Assembly: GCA_045534635.1 (NCBI GenBank)
Contig: JAZSKB010000014.1
Coordinates: forward strand, 25,941-89,940
Direction of reading: 5' to 3'
DNA from: Bacteroidales bacterium
Lineage (GTDB): Bacteria; Bacteroidota; Bacteroidia; Bacteroidales; WCHB1-69
DNA length: 64,000 bases
Below the pieces are notes generated by a model. That model was not told the DNA's origin. It did no database searches and saw nothing but the letters and a program-made list of their open reading frames with translations. This document shows positions 28,646 through 41,900 of this stretch, piece after piece. Position numbers and translations under genes: made by a program. Numbering within the stretch: the first letter of the stretch is position 1; every line of letters starts with the position of its first letter.

Positions 28646-30877
28646 TTATTCTTTTCCAGAGTCAATAATTTCGTCGGTAGGTGTATTGTTTACCGTAAAT
28701 TTAAATGTATTTTTTATAGATTTATTATTTGTATTTTCTTCGTTAGAAATCGTATTAAAACTTATTTTATCTGTTGAAAATTTGTATGTTTCATAAAAAA
28801 AGTTTTTCATAATTAGCTCTTTGTTTTCAATACCACGTTGTACAAAACTGTATAGTTGTTCGTGAGAATGCAATGCAAATGCTTTTTGATAAATATCTCC
28901 TTCTGTTTTTGAAACATTGTTCAAATAAGTAATAAAATCATTGTTATCGTTTTTGATTTGAGAAATAATTTTAATATCTTCAGCATTAATATTTTGTTTA
29001 TTTTTTTCAGGATACAAACTAAAATAATAATTTTGTTTCGCTAAAAACAAAGCAAGGTCTTTTGTGGCTTGTTCTGTATTGACAAAATGGTCAACAACCA
29101 AAGAAAGATTTTCTTTATCTTGTAAAGAAAGAGCAATATTTTTGAGTTGTTCATATTGTTCTGAAGAAAAATCATGGTCGAATACATTGTACGAAATATC
29201 TTTAAAATCATCAGCGACAAGACCAAAAGTATTGGATAATAAATCGATAGGAGCCGTTGCAACTTTTACAATTAAATTCAAAAAGGCTTTGAAAATCAAT
29301 TTACGGAATGAAAATTCTGGAGAAGTAACTTTTCCAGAAATAGGCAATGCAAATTGAATATTTTTATTTCTATCTTCAAGGACAAAAATACCTGCACGTA
29401 ATGGAATATTGTATTCAGGATTAATGTCTTTAAGTTTACGTTCTATTGTACAATTATGAATATCTATTTCGTTAGTACTTGTTAAATTAGAATTTTTTAT
29501 TTTGAATACACTTGAAAAAGCAAAAATACCATCGCTGATAGGATAACCAAAGTAATGTTCACAATATGGAGATACTTGAGAAAGATTGAAATTGGAAATA
29601 TGAACCATTAAATTATGAGAATCCCAATTGGTAGAAAGTAAACCTTTCCAATTGGCTATGATTTTTCCTCCATTGTTGAAATTTGCGGTAATACCAATTT
29701 TTGTTAATGTCTCCAAATTAATATTTTCTCCTTTAATATTGATATTGTTTATTGGAATTTCTACTTTATGAGCAAGTGTTGCATCGGTGTAAGACACTGA
29801 AGCATTGTTTAAATAAAAATTATTTATAACGAAATCCAAATCGTTTGATTCTGAATTATTTTCTGATTCTGATACAACTTCTTCACTTGTTTCTTCTTGT
29901 GATTTCAACAAATTAGAAAATGTATTTCTATTTTCTAAAAGAGTATAATCAACATTTAAACCATTTATGCTTATACTATCGAAATAAAATTGTTTAGAAT
30001 GTAAGTCTATTTTATCAATATAAATAGATAACTCATCAAAACGGGCTATTTGTTCCTCATAACTATTATTTGCTTGTACTTGATTGAGATGAATATTACC
30101 AATTGCAACAATATCAGTAAGATGTTCTGTATTTCCTTGAATTTGCAATTGAGTTGAAAGTTTACCATCAAGATTGTTAATATTTAAAAATTCTTGTAGA
30201 TAAGGCTCCACCGAAGAGATTGCAAAATTTTGTAAATCAATATTTAAATCAAAAGTATTGCTATTTAATCCATAAAGAAGTTTTACGCCAAGTGCACCTC
30301 CATCATCGAATTTAAGATGTAGTCCAACATTGGTATTTTGTGGTCCAAAATAAATTCCCGGAATAAATAAAGATAATTCTTTCATATTGAAACCTGTTTC
30401 TCTTGGAATATCTTTGTAAATGATATGTCCATTTCTCAAGGTAATATTTCTCAAATTGATAGCCCATTGAGACGGTGTTGTATCGGGTTCTTCTTTTTTA
30501 AAATGAGTAATAATATCGCTAAAATTGAATGTACTACTATCTTGCAAAATAGGCACATTGGGTGTTATCAATCGAATTTCATTGATACAAACTTCTTTTG
30601 CTAACAAACGAAATAAATTGATTTTTACCGATAATGTGTCAAAAGTAAGAAAAGTATCTTTATCATTGGCTTCTAATGATTTAAAATCAATAATTTTTGC
30701 TTTTCCTGTAAAGAGATTTACTTTAAGTTTGTCCATTGTTACAATTCTTCCACAAATGTCTTTACTATGTTTTTCTATATAACGATGAGCAATAGGAGGA
30801 GCAATCAACGAAATAAGAAAAACAAGAGCAAAAATGCTTAAAATTACAATTGAGAATATTTTTAAAAATTTTTTCAT
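28646..30877 (-). CDS. DUF748/AsmA-like membrane-anchored protein
   Basis: 743 aa with an N-terminal TM helix. The repetitive beta-rich body has the DUF748 pattern (KLKVNLFTGKAKIIDFK...). Confidence 0.65.
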   Translation of the reverse strand: MKKFLKIFSIVILSIFALVFLISLIAPPIAHRYIEKHSKDICGRIVTMDKLKVNLFTGKAKIIDFKSLEANDKDTFLTFDTLSVKINLFRLLAKEVCINEIRLITPNVPILQDSSTFNFSDIITHFKKEEPDTTPSQWAINLRNITLRNGHIIYKDIPRETGFNMKELSLFIPGIYFGPQNTNVGLHLKFDDGGALGVKLLYGLNSNTFDLNIDLQNFAISSVEPYLQEFLNINNLDGKLSTQLQIQGNTEHLTDIVAIGNIHLNQVQANNSYEEQIARFDELSIYIDKIDLHSKQFYFDSISINGLNVDYTLLENRNTFSNLLKSQEETSEEVVSESENNSESNDLDFVINNFYLNNASVSYTDATLAHKVEIPINNINIKGENINLETLTKIGITANFNNGGKIIANWKGLLSTNWDSHNLMVHISNFNLSQVSPYCEHYFGYPISDGIFAFSSVFKIKNSNLTSTNEIDIHNCTIERKLKDINPEYNIPLRAGIFVLEDRNKNIQFALPISGKVTSPEFSFRKLIFKAFLNLIVKVATAPIDLLSNTFGLVADDFKDISYNVFDHDFSSEQYEQLKNIALSLQDKENLSLVVDHFVNTEQATKDLALFLAKQNYYFSLYPEKNKQNINAEDIKIISQIKNDNNDFITYLNNVSKTEGDIYQKAFALHSHEQLYSFVQRGIENKELIMKNFFYETYKFSTDKISFNTISNEENTNNKSIKNTFKFTVNNTPTDEIIDSGKE

Positions 30878-30890
30878 GATAAATACATTG

Positions 30891-32846
30891 TTATCTACCT
30901 AAATTACTAAAAGCATGAATAATTGTTCTAATATCGTTAGTTAAACGATAGTCTTTGGCATAAAAACTATTTATTTGAACAAGTAAATTTTTGTCGTATG
31001 TTTGCAAATTGATATTATCACTAGGATAAAGTACACCTTTTTTTAGCGGAGGCAAATGAGGGTCATCTTCTTTAAGAAGTGGACAATAGGTTACCCAAGT
31101 TTTTTTACCAATCAAACAAAGAAAAATATTGCGAATATACATTTTTTTACGATGAACTGCCCATATATTTATTGGTAAAGTGAGCAATAAAACAATAGCA
31201 ATAACAATATCTCCAAAACGTTTTTTTCGTCTATTTTCTTTTTTTCCAATAGAATTTATATCCATTGTATAAAATCCGCTTGCAAGATTTACCGAATTGC
31301 TTCCAATGATAAAAGAACTTTCATCGGGGGCTATTTTATATTCCAAACCGTTCATATCTTCCATAAGGTTGATAATGGTTTTTACATCGAAATTTTTTCC
31401 ACAAAATATTATTTCTCTTACACGATAAATATGAACAATATCTTTTAATTGATTGATATTGCCGATAAAATTTTTATCTGGCTCTTGTTCTTGAGGATAA
31501 ACAAATCCAATAAATTCTGTTTTGTGATATGTATAATTGAGAAGCGTTGCTACTCGTTTTGTTTCGGTTTCGTCTCCAACGATAATTATTCTTTGACGAT
31601 TGTTTTCTCCGACAGGATATTGCTTAAAATTCATAAAAGAAACAATATATCGTAGAATATTTACGCAGAAAAATGTCCACGCTGTTCCAAGCAAAATTAC
31701 CGCTCGTGAAAATCGAATATCTTCGCTTAAAAGAGAATAAATCAATAAAAGAATGATTGTTCCGATAGTAATTCCTTTGTTAATATTTGATATGGCAATA
31801 GGAATTTTGTATCCTTTGGAAAAATAAATAGACAAACTCCAAATCAATGTATAAAGTGGCAAAACAAGATAGAAATAAATATCAGGAAAACTGCTATCGT
31901 GTGTTGCCAATACTGTGTTTTGCCAATACAAAGCAATGAAAAATATTCCTACATAAATAAAGAGAAAATCTAAAAATGGAAAAATCAATCTTTGTAAAAT
32001 ACGTTTTATTATTGACAATGATGCCCTCAACCAAATTGCCACATTGATAATAAGATTGAAAATAAAAGCATTTTTTTGAGAAAAATGTTTTTTGGCAAAA
32101 ATTTGCATTGCTCGATAAAACACTAAAACATAGTTGAGACTACTTTTTTTTGTACTTTCTCCTTTGTAATGAATAATTCTTGTTTCGGGAAAATAATAAT
32201 TTTTGTATCCGCCTTGTGTTATTCTATACGAAAGGTCAATATCTTCACCGTACATAAAATAATCTTCATCGAGAAGACCTATTTTATCTAATGTTGTTTT
32301 GCGTAACAACATAAATGCTCCAGAAAGTACTTCTACCTCATTGACTTCGTTTTCATCTAAATAAGTAAGATGATAACGTCCAAAACGTTTAGATTTTTTG
32401 AATACTTTCGACAAGCCAAATATTTTATAAAAGGCAACACTTGGAATAGGTAAACTGCGTTTAGATTCTGGGAGAAAAACGCCTCGACCGTCCACCATGC
32501 GAACACCAAGACCTCCTCCTTCGGGGTGACTATCCATAAATGCTATTGCTTTTGAGAAGGTATCAGATTCTACCACTGTATCTGGATTGAGCAATAATAC
32601 ATATTCGCCACAAGATAAGCGTATTGCTTGATTGTTTGCCTTAGAAAACCCTAAATTTTCTTTGTTTGCTATTAGACGAACTTGCGGAAATTTTTCTTGA
32701 ACCATTTCCACCGATTTGTCAATAGAGTTATTATCAACAACAAACACTTCTGCTTCTATGTTGTCAAGAGCAGCATAGACAGATTGTAAACATTGTTCCA
32801 AAAAGTGAACAACATTGTAATTAACAATAACGATACTTAATTTCAT
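30891..32846 (-). CDS. GT2 glycosyltransferase fused to a polytopic membrane region and a WbaP-like Rossmann/sugar-transferase remnant
   Basis: 651 aa. The GT2 part has IVIVNYN, VVDNNSIDKS, NLGFSKANN, LLLNPDT and GEDIDLS. Multiple TM helices follow, then RIIIVGDETETKRVATLL and KRFGDIVIAIVLLLTLPI. Confidence 0.7.
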   Translation of the reverse strand: MKLSIVIVNYNVVHFLEQCLQSVYAALDNIEAEVFVVDNNSIDKSVEMVQEKFPQVRLIANKENLGFSKANNQAIRLSCGEYVLLLNPDTVVESDTFSKAIAFMDSHPEGGGLGVRMVDGRGVFLPESKRSLPIPSVAFYKIFGLSKVFKKSKRFGRYHLTYLDENEVNEVEVLSGAFMLLRKTTLDKIGLLDEDYFMYGEDIDLSYRITQGGYKNYYFPETRIIHYKGESTKKSSLNYVLVFYRAMQIFAKKHFSQKNAFIFNLIINVAIWLRASLSIIKRILQRLIFPFLDFLFIYVGIFFIALYWQNTVLATHDSSFPDIYFYLVLPLYTLIWSLSIYFSKGYKIPIAISNINKGITIGTIILLLIYSLLSEDIRFSRAVILLGTAWTFFCVNILRYIVSFMNFKQYPVGENNRQRIIIVGDETETKRVATLLNYTYHKTEFIGFVYPQEQEPDKNFIGNINQLKDIVHIYRVREIIFCGKNFDVKTIINLMEDMNGLEYKIAPDESSFIIGSNSVNLASGFYTMDINSIGKKENRRKKRFGDIVIAIVLLLTLPINIWAVHRKKMYIRNIFLCLIGKKTWVTYCPLLKEDDPHLPPLKKGVLYPSDNINLQTYDKNLLVQINSFYAKDYRLTNDIRTIIHAFSNLGR

Positions 32847-32867
32847 CGAAGATGTAAATACAAGTTA

Positions 32868-32875
32868 CAAAGATA
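32868..32875 (-). promoter_or_regulatory. -7 box TATCTTTG (GT2-DUF748-tex block)
   Basis: TATCTTTGTAAC on the minus strand, 21 nt before the ATG at 32846. Confidence 0.65.
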
Positions 32876-32930
32876 GCATTTTTTTTTATATAAATAATTT
32901 GAAATATACAAATCAATAATAAAAATAAAA

Positions 32931-32950
32931 AGGGGTGCGAAATCGCACCC
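32931..32950 (-). terminator. intrinsic terminator of the giant LRR gene
   Basis: GGGGTGCG-ATTT-CGCACCCC followed by TTTTTATTTT on the minus strand, 30 nt after the stop codon. Confidence 0.85.
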
Positions 32951-32979
32951 CTCGGAATAAATATGTTAAAAAATTCTTT

Positions 32980-35900
32980 TTATTGTTTAACAAATTTAGC
33001 AGTTGTATTATCTATTTTAATGTAATACATACCTTTAGCAAGTTCAGAAACATTGATAGTAACTATTTCATCGCCGTTAGTTGGAACTGTTAATATCAAA
33101 CGACCTGTAATATCGTAGATGTCAACATGTTCAGCGGTAACACCTGTAATATTGATAGTAGTATTAGCAGGGTTAGGATAAACGGTGATTTGTTCTGTTT
33201 CTACTTCATCTAAACCTGTGAAACAATCGTATTTACCTCTTGTTTCAGGGATATTTACATTAACGCTATAGTATAATACGTCCCAATTTTTGTTTATTGC
33301 AGTATTAGAGTTTGCTGCCATAAATTGAGTGTAATTAGGGTCTGAAGATGCACGTAATGGGAAGAATTTACCAATTACAGAATCAATTTGGTTCATAGAG
33401 CACATTAATAAATCATAATCTTTTGAAGTGAAATTGTTTCCGTAGCAAGCGAGGTAATTCAACGCTGTATTTGCACTCAAATCTAAACTTGTCAATGCGT
33501 TGTTGTTACAAGCAAGGATTTCCAATTGAGTATTGTTAGCAACATCTAATGTTGTTAAGTTGTTGTTATTACAATACAAGGAAGTCAATGCCAAGTTTTT
33601 GCTAACATCTAAGTTGCTTAATTGTGTTGAATTTGTAAACAATGTATTCAAAGCGGTGTTATTAGCAACATTCAAGTTTGAAATATTGTTACTGCTACAA
33701 TTCAAATAAGTCAAGATAGTGTTGTTGTCAACATTGATAGCATTGATAGAAAGACCATTGTTGGAGCAATCAAATTTTTCTAAATCACCATAGATAATCA
33801 TAGCATTATCATCTGATAAGAAAGTTAGATATGTCCAAGTAGTGTCAAGGAATAGAATAGTATCTGTAGTACCAGAAATTACTCTAACAACTGCATCGAA
33901 GTAATTTCCTGTGAAACCGATATTGATACGTGCATTAGGAGCGATGTCCACTGTAATAAATTGGTTCATATTCAAGTTACAAGAGAACTTACCATTAGTA
34001 GCAGGAACATCTGTAGCATTTGCGTAAATTACATTCCAATTTTTGGTCAAGGCTATTGAAGAGTTGGCTGCCATAAATTGAGTATAATTAGCATCAACAT
34101 CATCGAACAATGGAGTGAATATACCTACGTTGTTTACAACTGTTGGCATAGAACACATAAGGTCGTCGAATGCTTGAGTTGTGAATGGATTGTTGTAACA
34201 AATCAATGTATTCAAAGCGTTATTAGCAGCAACATCTAAAGTAGTTAGATAGTTGTCGGTACAATTCAACACTTCGAGAGCAGTATTTTGACTAAGTGTT
34301 AAGCCTGCCAAATTATTGTTAGCACAATTCAATTCTTTAAGAGCGATATTGTTATTAATATCGAGTGTTGATAAATTGTTGTTAGCACAATTCAACACAT
34401 TAAGAGCAGCATTTTGTGACAAATCCAATGAAGTTTGAGCACTATTAGAACAATCTAAATAAGCCAAACCGGTATTATTGCTGATATTTATGCTTAATAT
34501 TTCGGTATTGTTAGCACAATCGAAACTTTCTACATTACCATAGATAGTTATAGTGTTCATATCAGCGATATAAGATGTTTTACCATACCAAGTATTACCT
34601 ATGTAAACAATTGTATCGAAAGATCCATTTACAATTTTAACTGCGGTAGTCAATTGTGAATGAATATCGAAAGCGATAGGTTCATTTGGTGTTACATTAA
34701 GAGTAATGAAATTATTGGTATCAACAGGACAAATCCAAACACCTATTGTAGAGATAACATCATTTGTACTGAAATAAGCGACATTCCAATTCTTAATGTT
34801 TGCAGTATTTGCATTAGCATTGTTGAATATAGTATCGTTTACATCGTTGATATCGTACAATGGGAAGAAGTTTCCTGTATTGTTAACTGCGAATGGCATA
34901 GAACACATTAAGTCGTCGTATGTTTGAGTTGTAAATGGGTTGTTGTAACAAATTAATGTATTCAAAGCGATATTGTTATTAACATCTAAGATAGCCAAAT
35001 TGTTACCAGAGCAATCCAATACTTCAAGAGCAACATTTTGAGACAAGTCTAAATCTGACAATGTATTGTTTGCACAATTCAACTCAACGAGAGCAGAACT
35101 ATTGTTAAGGTTCAAGTTCAATAGTTGGTTACTTGCACAATTCAATGATTCCAAAGTTGCATTTTGAGGTAATATCAATGAAGAGATTGCATTGCTTTCA
35201 CAATTCAATTCAGTGATTTGAGCATTGCTTGCATCGATAGCGATAATATTATCGGCATTGTTTGCACAATTCAAAGCGATGAAATCACCATAAACTGTCA
35301 TAATAGTATCTTCTGATGTATAGTTGATGATACCAGACCAATTGTTACTAATATAGATAGTAGTATCATATCTTCCGCTAATAACTCTAATAGGAGCGAT
35401 TGCTAAATTAGACATTACATCAATAGCGATAGGTTCATTTTGTTTAACATTCATTGTAACAAAATTGTTCATATTAGCAGGACAAACATAAGTACCATTG
35501 GTATAGATTGGGTCGAATGCACTATAATAAGCAACATCCCAATTTTTAGCCATTGCGGTAATAGCGTTTGCTTCTTTGAACAAACTATCATTGTTATCGT
35601 AAGTATCGTTCAATGGGAAGAACAAACCAATACCATTGGATACGATAGGCATAGAACACATTAAATCATCGAAAGCTTGAGTTGAGAACAAGTTGTTGAA
35701 ACATGCAACTCTAACAATAGATGGATTATAACTGAGGTCTAATGAAGTCAATTGGTTTGAACTACAATTCAACGCGGTCAATCGGCTATTGTTGGTAATA
35801 TCTAAATCTTGTAAATTATTGTTTGAACAATCCAAGGTATGCAATTCAACGTTTGGAACAACAACAAGTTCTTCCAAATTATTGTTAGCACAATTCAAGG

Positions 35901-38900
35901 TATGTAATTTCAAGTTTTGTTTTACAAGTAAATTAGAGATATTGTTGTTAGCACAATTCAAGTTTTCTAACAATGGAGTTGGACTTACGTCTAAACTATC
36001 CAAATTATTGAATGAGCAATTCAACAATGTTAATTGAGCATTTTCATCAACATTTAGATTAGTGATAACATTATTGTGGCAATCTAATTCTATCAACGCT
36101 GGGTTGTTGTTTACGTTCAAGGTTGACAAATTATTGTTTGCACAATATAGATATGTTAACATAGGAGCCTTATCAACATTCAATGTATAGAGGCTATCGT
36201 CGCTACAATTCAAATATGTTAAAACGTCATTAGTAACAGAAACGCCTAAAATATTTTCTGCATTTTGTTCGCAGTGCATACCTACAACGTTACCATAAAC
36301 GACAACCATATCGCTAAGGGTTGTAAAGTTAAGAACATTGGTCCAAGCGGTATCAACGATTATAGTTGTATCATTTTTACCATTGATATTTACGCCTACA
36401 ATCATAACAGCAGTATTTGGAACTTCACCTTTAACCATAAAGTTGATTTGTCCACCTTGAGGAACATCGAAAATTGTATAACGGTTCATATTTGCTGGAC
36501 AAACATAATTTTCGTCGGTTGTATTAGGAATAGTAACATTTTTGTCTGCATAATTCACTGTCCAATTTTTATTTTTAGCGAGAGTTGAATTTGTTGCGAT
36601 AAATTCTGAATAGTTGTTATCATTTTTATCGTACAATGGGTAGAATGTACCTGTTTCATTGCCTAAGAATGGCATAGAACACATTACATCGTTGTAATTT
36701 AAGGTTGTGAATGCGTTACCATAGATAGATAAGTATCTCAAACCTCTATTGCGGCTTACATCTAAACTTGCCAAAAGATTGTCGTTACAAGATAATTTTT
36801 CCAATGCGATATTGAAAGTAACATCTAAAGTGTTCAATTTGTTGTTATCGCAAGCGATTTCTACCAATGCTTCATTGTTTATAAGGTTCAATGAGGTCAA
36901 TTGGTTTTTATTTAATGACAAGTTTGTCAATGCGGTATTGTTACTTAAATCTATAGATGTCAAGTTGTTTATATTGCAGTTCAAGTTTTCTAAAGCAACA
37001 TTTGAGTTCAAGTTCAATTGGTCTAATTGGTTAGAAGAACAATCTAATATTCTTAAAACGCTATCGTTATTAACATTCAAACTTGTCAAATTGTTGGTGT
37101 AGCAATAAACTTCTTGTAAATTAGTATTTGTACTCAAATCTAAACTTGTCAAGAGGTTGTTATAGCAATGTAATATTGTCAAAGACTCTGCTCCGCCTGT
37201 GGTCAAAGTGTTCAAAGTATTGAATTGACAATATACTTCTTGTAAGTTTACATTTTGAGATAAATCTAAGTCATTTAAATTATTTTTAGAGCAGAACAAT
37301 TCTTCCAAAGATGTATTGGTACTTAAATTGAAGCCTACTAAATTGTTTTCTTCACAATGTAAAGATTTCAAATCGCTTAAGTAATCTATGTTCAATGATG
37401 TTAAGCGGTTAGCGTTAGCATTTAAGTATTCCAAAGATGTATTTTGAGTTAAATCCAAAGTTGCAATACTATTGTTATTACATATCAATGTATTCAACGC
37501 TGGGCTTTGGCTTACGTCTAAGGAAAGAATATTGTTGTTGTTACATGTTAAGTTCACTAATGATGTTGCTGTACTCAAATCTAAACTACTGATACTGTTG
37601 TCGTTGCATACTAAATTTTCTAAAGTAGCATTATTTACAACAGTCAAGCCTAAGATATTGGTATTATTTGAGTTACAATCGAATGATTGAACATCACCAT
37701 AAATATGCATAGTATCAGCATCTGAAATGTAAGATATTACACCTGTTGAGTTAAGACCAACATAAACTATAGTATCTAAAGAACCGCTTACAACATTAAC
37801 AGCACTATTGTTAGTAGAAGCGTTCAATTTGAATTTAATTTCTTGATTTTTTTGAACGTTCAAAGCGATAATGCTTGTAGTATCGATAACAGGACAAGCG
37901 TAAGTACCATTAGTGCTTGCTATTGGGGTATTGTTGCTATAAAGCACGTTCCACAATTTTCCTGAAGCGATAGTTGAGTTTGAACTCATAAATGCGGTAT
38001 CGTTATTGCTATTGTACATTGGATAGAAATTTCCTTTACCTACTGTAATAATAGGCATAGAACACATTAACTCGTTGTATGCTTGACTTGTAAAGTAATT
38101 GCTATAACAAGTAAGTGTTCTCAATTGAGTATTGGCTCTTACATCTAATGCTTTCAAGATGTTGTCGTTACAGATTAATGTTTCAAGAAGTTTATTCTTG
38201 CTAACATTCAAACGAGTAAGACTATTTTTAGCACAATTCAAATGTTTCAAATTAGCATTATTGAATACTTCTATATTAGAGATGTTAGCACCATTTTCTG
38301 AACAATCTAAACCAGAAGCATCTCCATAGATATACAATATATCATCATCTGCTGCATAGAATGGCATTGCATCTGACCAAGTGTCATTGATTGCGAAAGT
38401 TGTATCAAGAGAACCACAAGATACTCTTACGTAAGTTTCTGCGGTGTCTGCCAATAATTTCAAATTGATTTGACGACCTTGTTTAGTTTTCAATGTCATT
38501 ACATTAGAATTATTTACAAATGGACAAATATAATCACCTGTTGTGAAAGGGATTGTCGTATTATCGTTGTAAATTACATTCCAAGATTTTTCGGTTGCGA
38601 TATTTGAGTTTGCACTACCGAATACATAAGCAAGCATATCTGATGGGTTGTACAATGGTACAAATGTTGCTTGAGTGCCTACTATTGTTGGCAATGAACA
38701 CATTATATCATTGAATTTGGAGAATGTAAACAAGTTGCCATAAACTCTTACATCGGTTAGAGCGACATTGTTGTTACAATTCAATGATTTCAATTTATTA
38801 TTGAAGCAATGCAAGGTTTCTAATGCGATATTGCTATTGATATTCAATAATGTTAAATTATTGTCATTGCAATACAATTCTCTTAAGAAATTGAATTTCT

Positions 38901-41900
38901 TTATGGTCAAACTTGGAATACTGTTGAATGAACAATTGATTACTTGGAGATATTTATTGTTATCAATGAAAATATCTTTGATTTCATTGTTATTACACAA
39001 CAATGTTTCTAACAATGTATCATTATAGAATATAAGAGATGCTATTTTATTGAAAGAACAATCTAAATATTTCAAACTTCTCTTACCTGTTGCATCTGGA
39101 GACAAGTCTAAAGAAGAAATTGCATTGTGAGAACAATCTAAATATCTCAAAGAATGAGCGTTTTTGATTTCTATACCTGTTATTTTGTCTCCATTGTTAG
39201 AACAATCTAAAGCGGATAACAATCCAGTTATTGTTACAATAGCGTCATCAGCGATAAAGGTTTGGAAATCGGTGAATGTAGTATCTGCGGTTACTAAGTT
39301 ATCGATTCCACCAGAAGTTACTCTTATCAATGAATTTGGTAAACTTGCTCCCATACGAAGTTTTACACTTTCACCTTGTTTAACATAAAGGATTACTTCG
39401 GTTTCTGGGGCTATTTGTGGACAAATATAAGTTCCTTCGGTTTCTGAGATAGCAGTTTGAGAATTGAAATAATTTACATTCCATTTTTTCACTTTAGCAA
39501 TGTTTGAGTTTGCTAAATGGAAGATAGAACTATCTGCATCTTTGTTATCTTTCAATGGATAGAAGTTTCCTGAGCCTTTTGACATCATTGGAAGACCACA
39601 CATCAAATTGTCGAAATCTACTGTTGAAAATCTGTTTTCAAAACATACCAAATAATTTATTGATTTGCTGTTGTTTACATTTATAGATTTCAATTGATTT
39701 TGTTGACAAGATAATGCGTTCAAACTTGAACAGCCGTTCATATCAAGTTCGGTCAACGCATTGTTTGAACAATCTAAATCTACCAAAGTGGTACAAAGTG
39801 ATACATTCAATGTTGCTATATGATTGTTTCTACAAATCAATTGTTCTAAAGATGCACATGTGTTTACATCTAAAGATGTCAATTCATTGTATTCACAATC
39901 TAAGGATGTTAGGGCTTGAGCCTCTGTTAAATCCAATGATTGTAATTTGTTGTTTGCACAACGAAGTTCTTTCAAATTTGGACATGATGAAATATCGAGA
40001 TAAGATAGTTTGTTGCTATAACAATCTAAATATTCCAATGAGAAACAAGAAGATAAATCTAATCCTGTCAATGAATCATCGTTACAACGCAAACGTTTCA
40101 ACGCTGGGGTGTTTGCCAAATTCAAATCATGAATTTTGTTTTGGAAACAATACAAATCGGTTAATGATAAACAATTGCTAACATCTAAAGATGTCAAGTT
40201 GTTTCTGTCACAATAAAGGGTACAAATACTACGATTGTGAGAAACGTTTATATCTGAAATATTTTCATAGTTACCGCCACAATCAAGACCATTTACATCA
40301 CCATATATTTGAATATTTGGTGCTCCTGCGGTGATATTGATTACTTTTGACCAGCCTGTTGTTGCAAAAACAAAAGTATCAAGTGCACCACTTATCACTC
40401 TTACTTGAATAGATGATGGAGCCATCAATTTAAATTTTATAGTTTCTCCTTGGGCTACGTCCATTTGGATATAACTTGAAGTATTAACCGTTGGACATGT
40501 GTAAGTTCCTGTTGTGGTTATGTTGGTGTTTATAGAGTTTCCAAAACCTACTTTCCAGCCTTTATTTTTTGCTATATTTGCATTTGCTGCCATAAATGCT
40601 TTATAATCTGCATTAGTGGTTGTGGTATTATAAACTGGTAAGAAGCGGCAATTTTCTGAACCGGGAACAGATACAATATTACACATCATTTGATTGTAAC
40701 TTTCGGTAGTAAATAGGTTGTTTCCGCAAGAGATATATTTCAATGCGGTATTGCGGGAAATATCAAGGTCTAATAGATAGTTGCTATCACACATCAAGGT
40801 ACACAATGCCGTATTTAAGGTTACTGACAACGATTGTAATCTATTGTTTACACAACTTAAGTTCTTCAATACGGTATTTGTTCCTAAGTTTAAGGTAGTT
40901 ATTTTATTTCTTGTACATATCAATTCTTCTAATGCAAGGTTTTTACTTACATCTAAGGTTTTGAGTTCATTGGCATGACATTTTAAGTTTACCAAACTTG
41001 TTAAAGTTGAAACATCTAAGGTTGTTAATTTGTTGCTGTAACAATACAATTGTTCCAATGCTGTATTTTGACCAACGGTCAATGTTGCAATTTGGTTCTC
41101 CATAGCATTGCATAATTTCAATTTGGTATTGTTGGAGATATCCAAAGATGTAAGTTTATTAATTGAACAATAAAGCGAATCCAAATTAGGTAAATTGCTA
41201 ATATTCAATGATGTTAAATCATTTGTATAACAGTTTAAGTAAGTAAGTTTAGCATTGTTGCCTAATGTTAGCGATGTTAATTTATTTCTACCACAATTCA
41301 AAGAAGTAAGTCTTGTGTTTTTGCTAACATTTAAACCTGTTATAAATGTTGAATTGTTAGAACAATCTAAGGTTGCTATTTTTCCGTAGATAGTCATTGT
41401 TGTTGCATCTGCATAGAAATACAATGGTGTAGATTGGTTAGGATTTACAAGTGTAAAAGTAGTATCGTAACCACCAGAAACAACACTAACAACGGTAAAT
41501 GCACTATCTGCTGAGAAGTCTAATTTTATCCATTTGCCTTGTGTTACTGTTAAAGATACAGAAGTGGTAGTATCTAAAACAGGACATGGATAAGGAATAC
41601 CAGAAGTAAAGTTAGGTTGAACACCTTCGTCTATTGTTGCTACAGACCAACCTTTACTCATTGCGTTCATTACGTTTGCTTCTACAAATCTTTGGTAGCA
41701 TGGGTCTAAGGTTGTGTTGGTATTTGTACGGAATGGACGGATATAAGCGTATGCTTGATTTGCTGGTTTAGGACAAATTCCGCACATCATATCGTTGTAA
41801 CTTTGAGTTGTAAATGGACAATCGGCTATTCCGATATCCATTAATTTTGGATTTTGGCTTACGTTCAACGATTTGATAGAAGTTCCACTACAATTAAATA

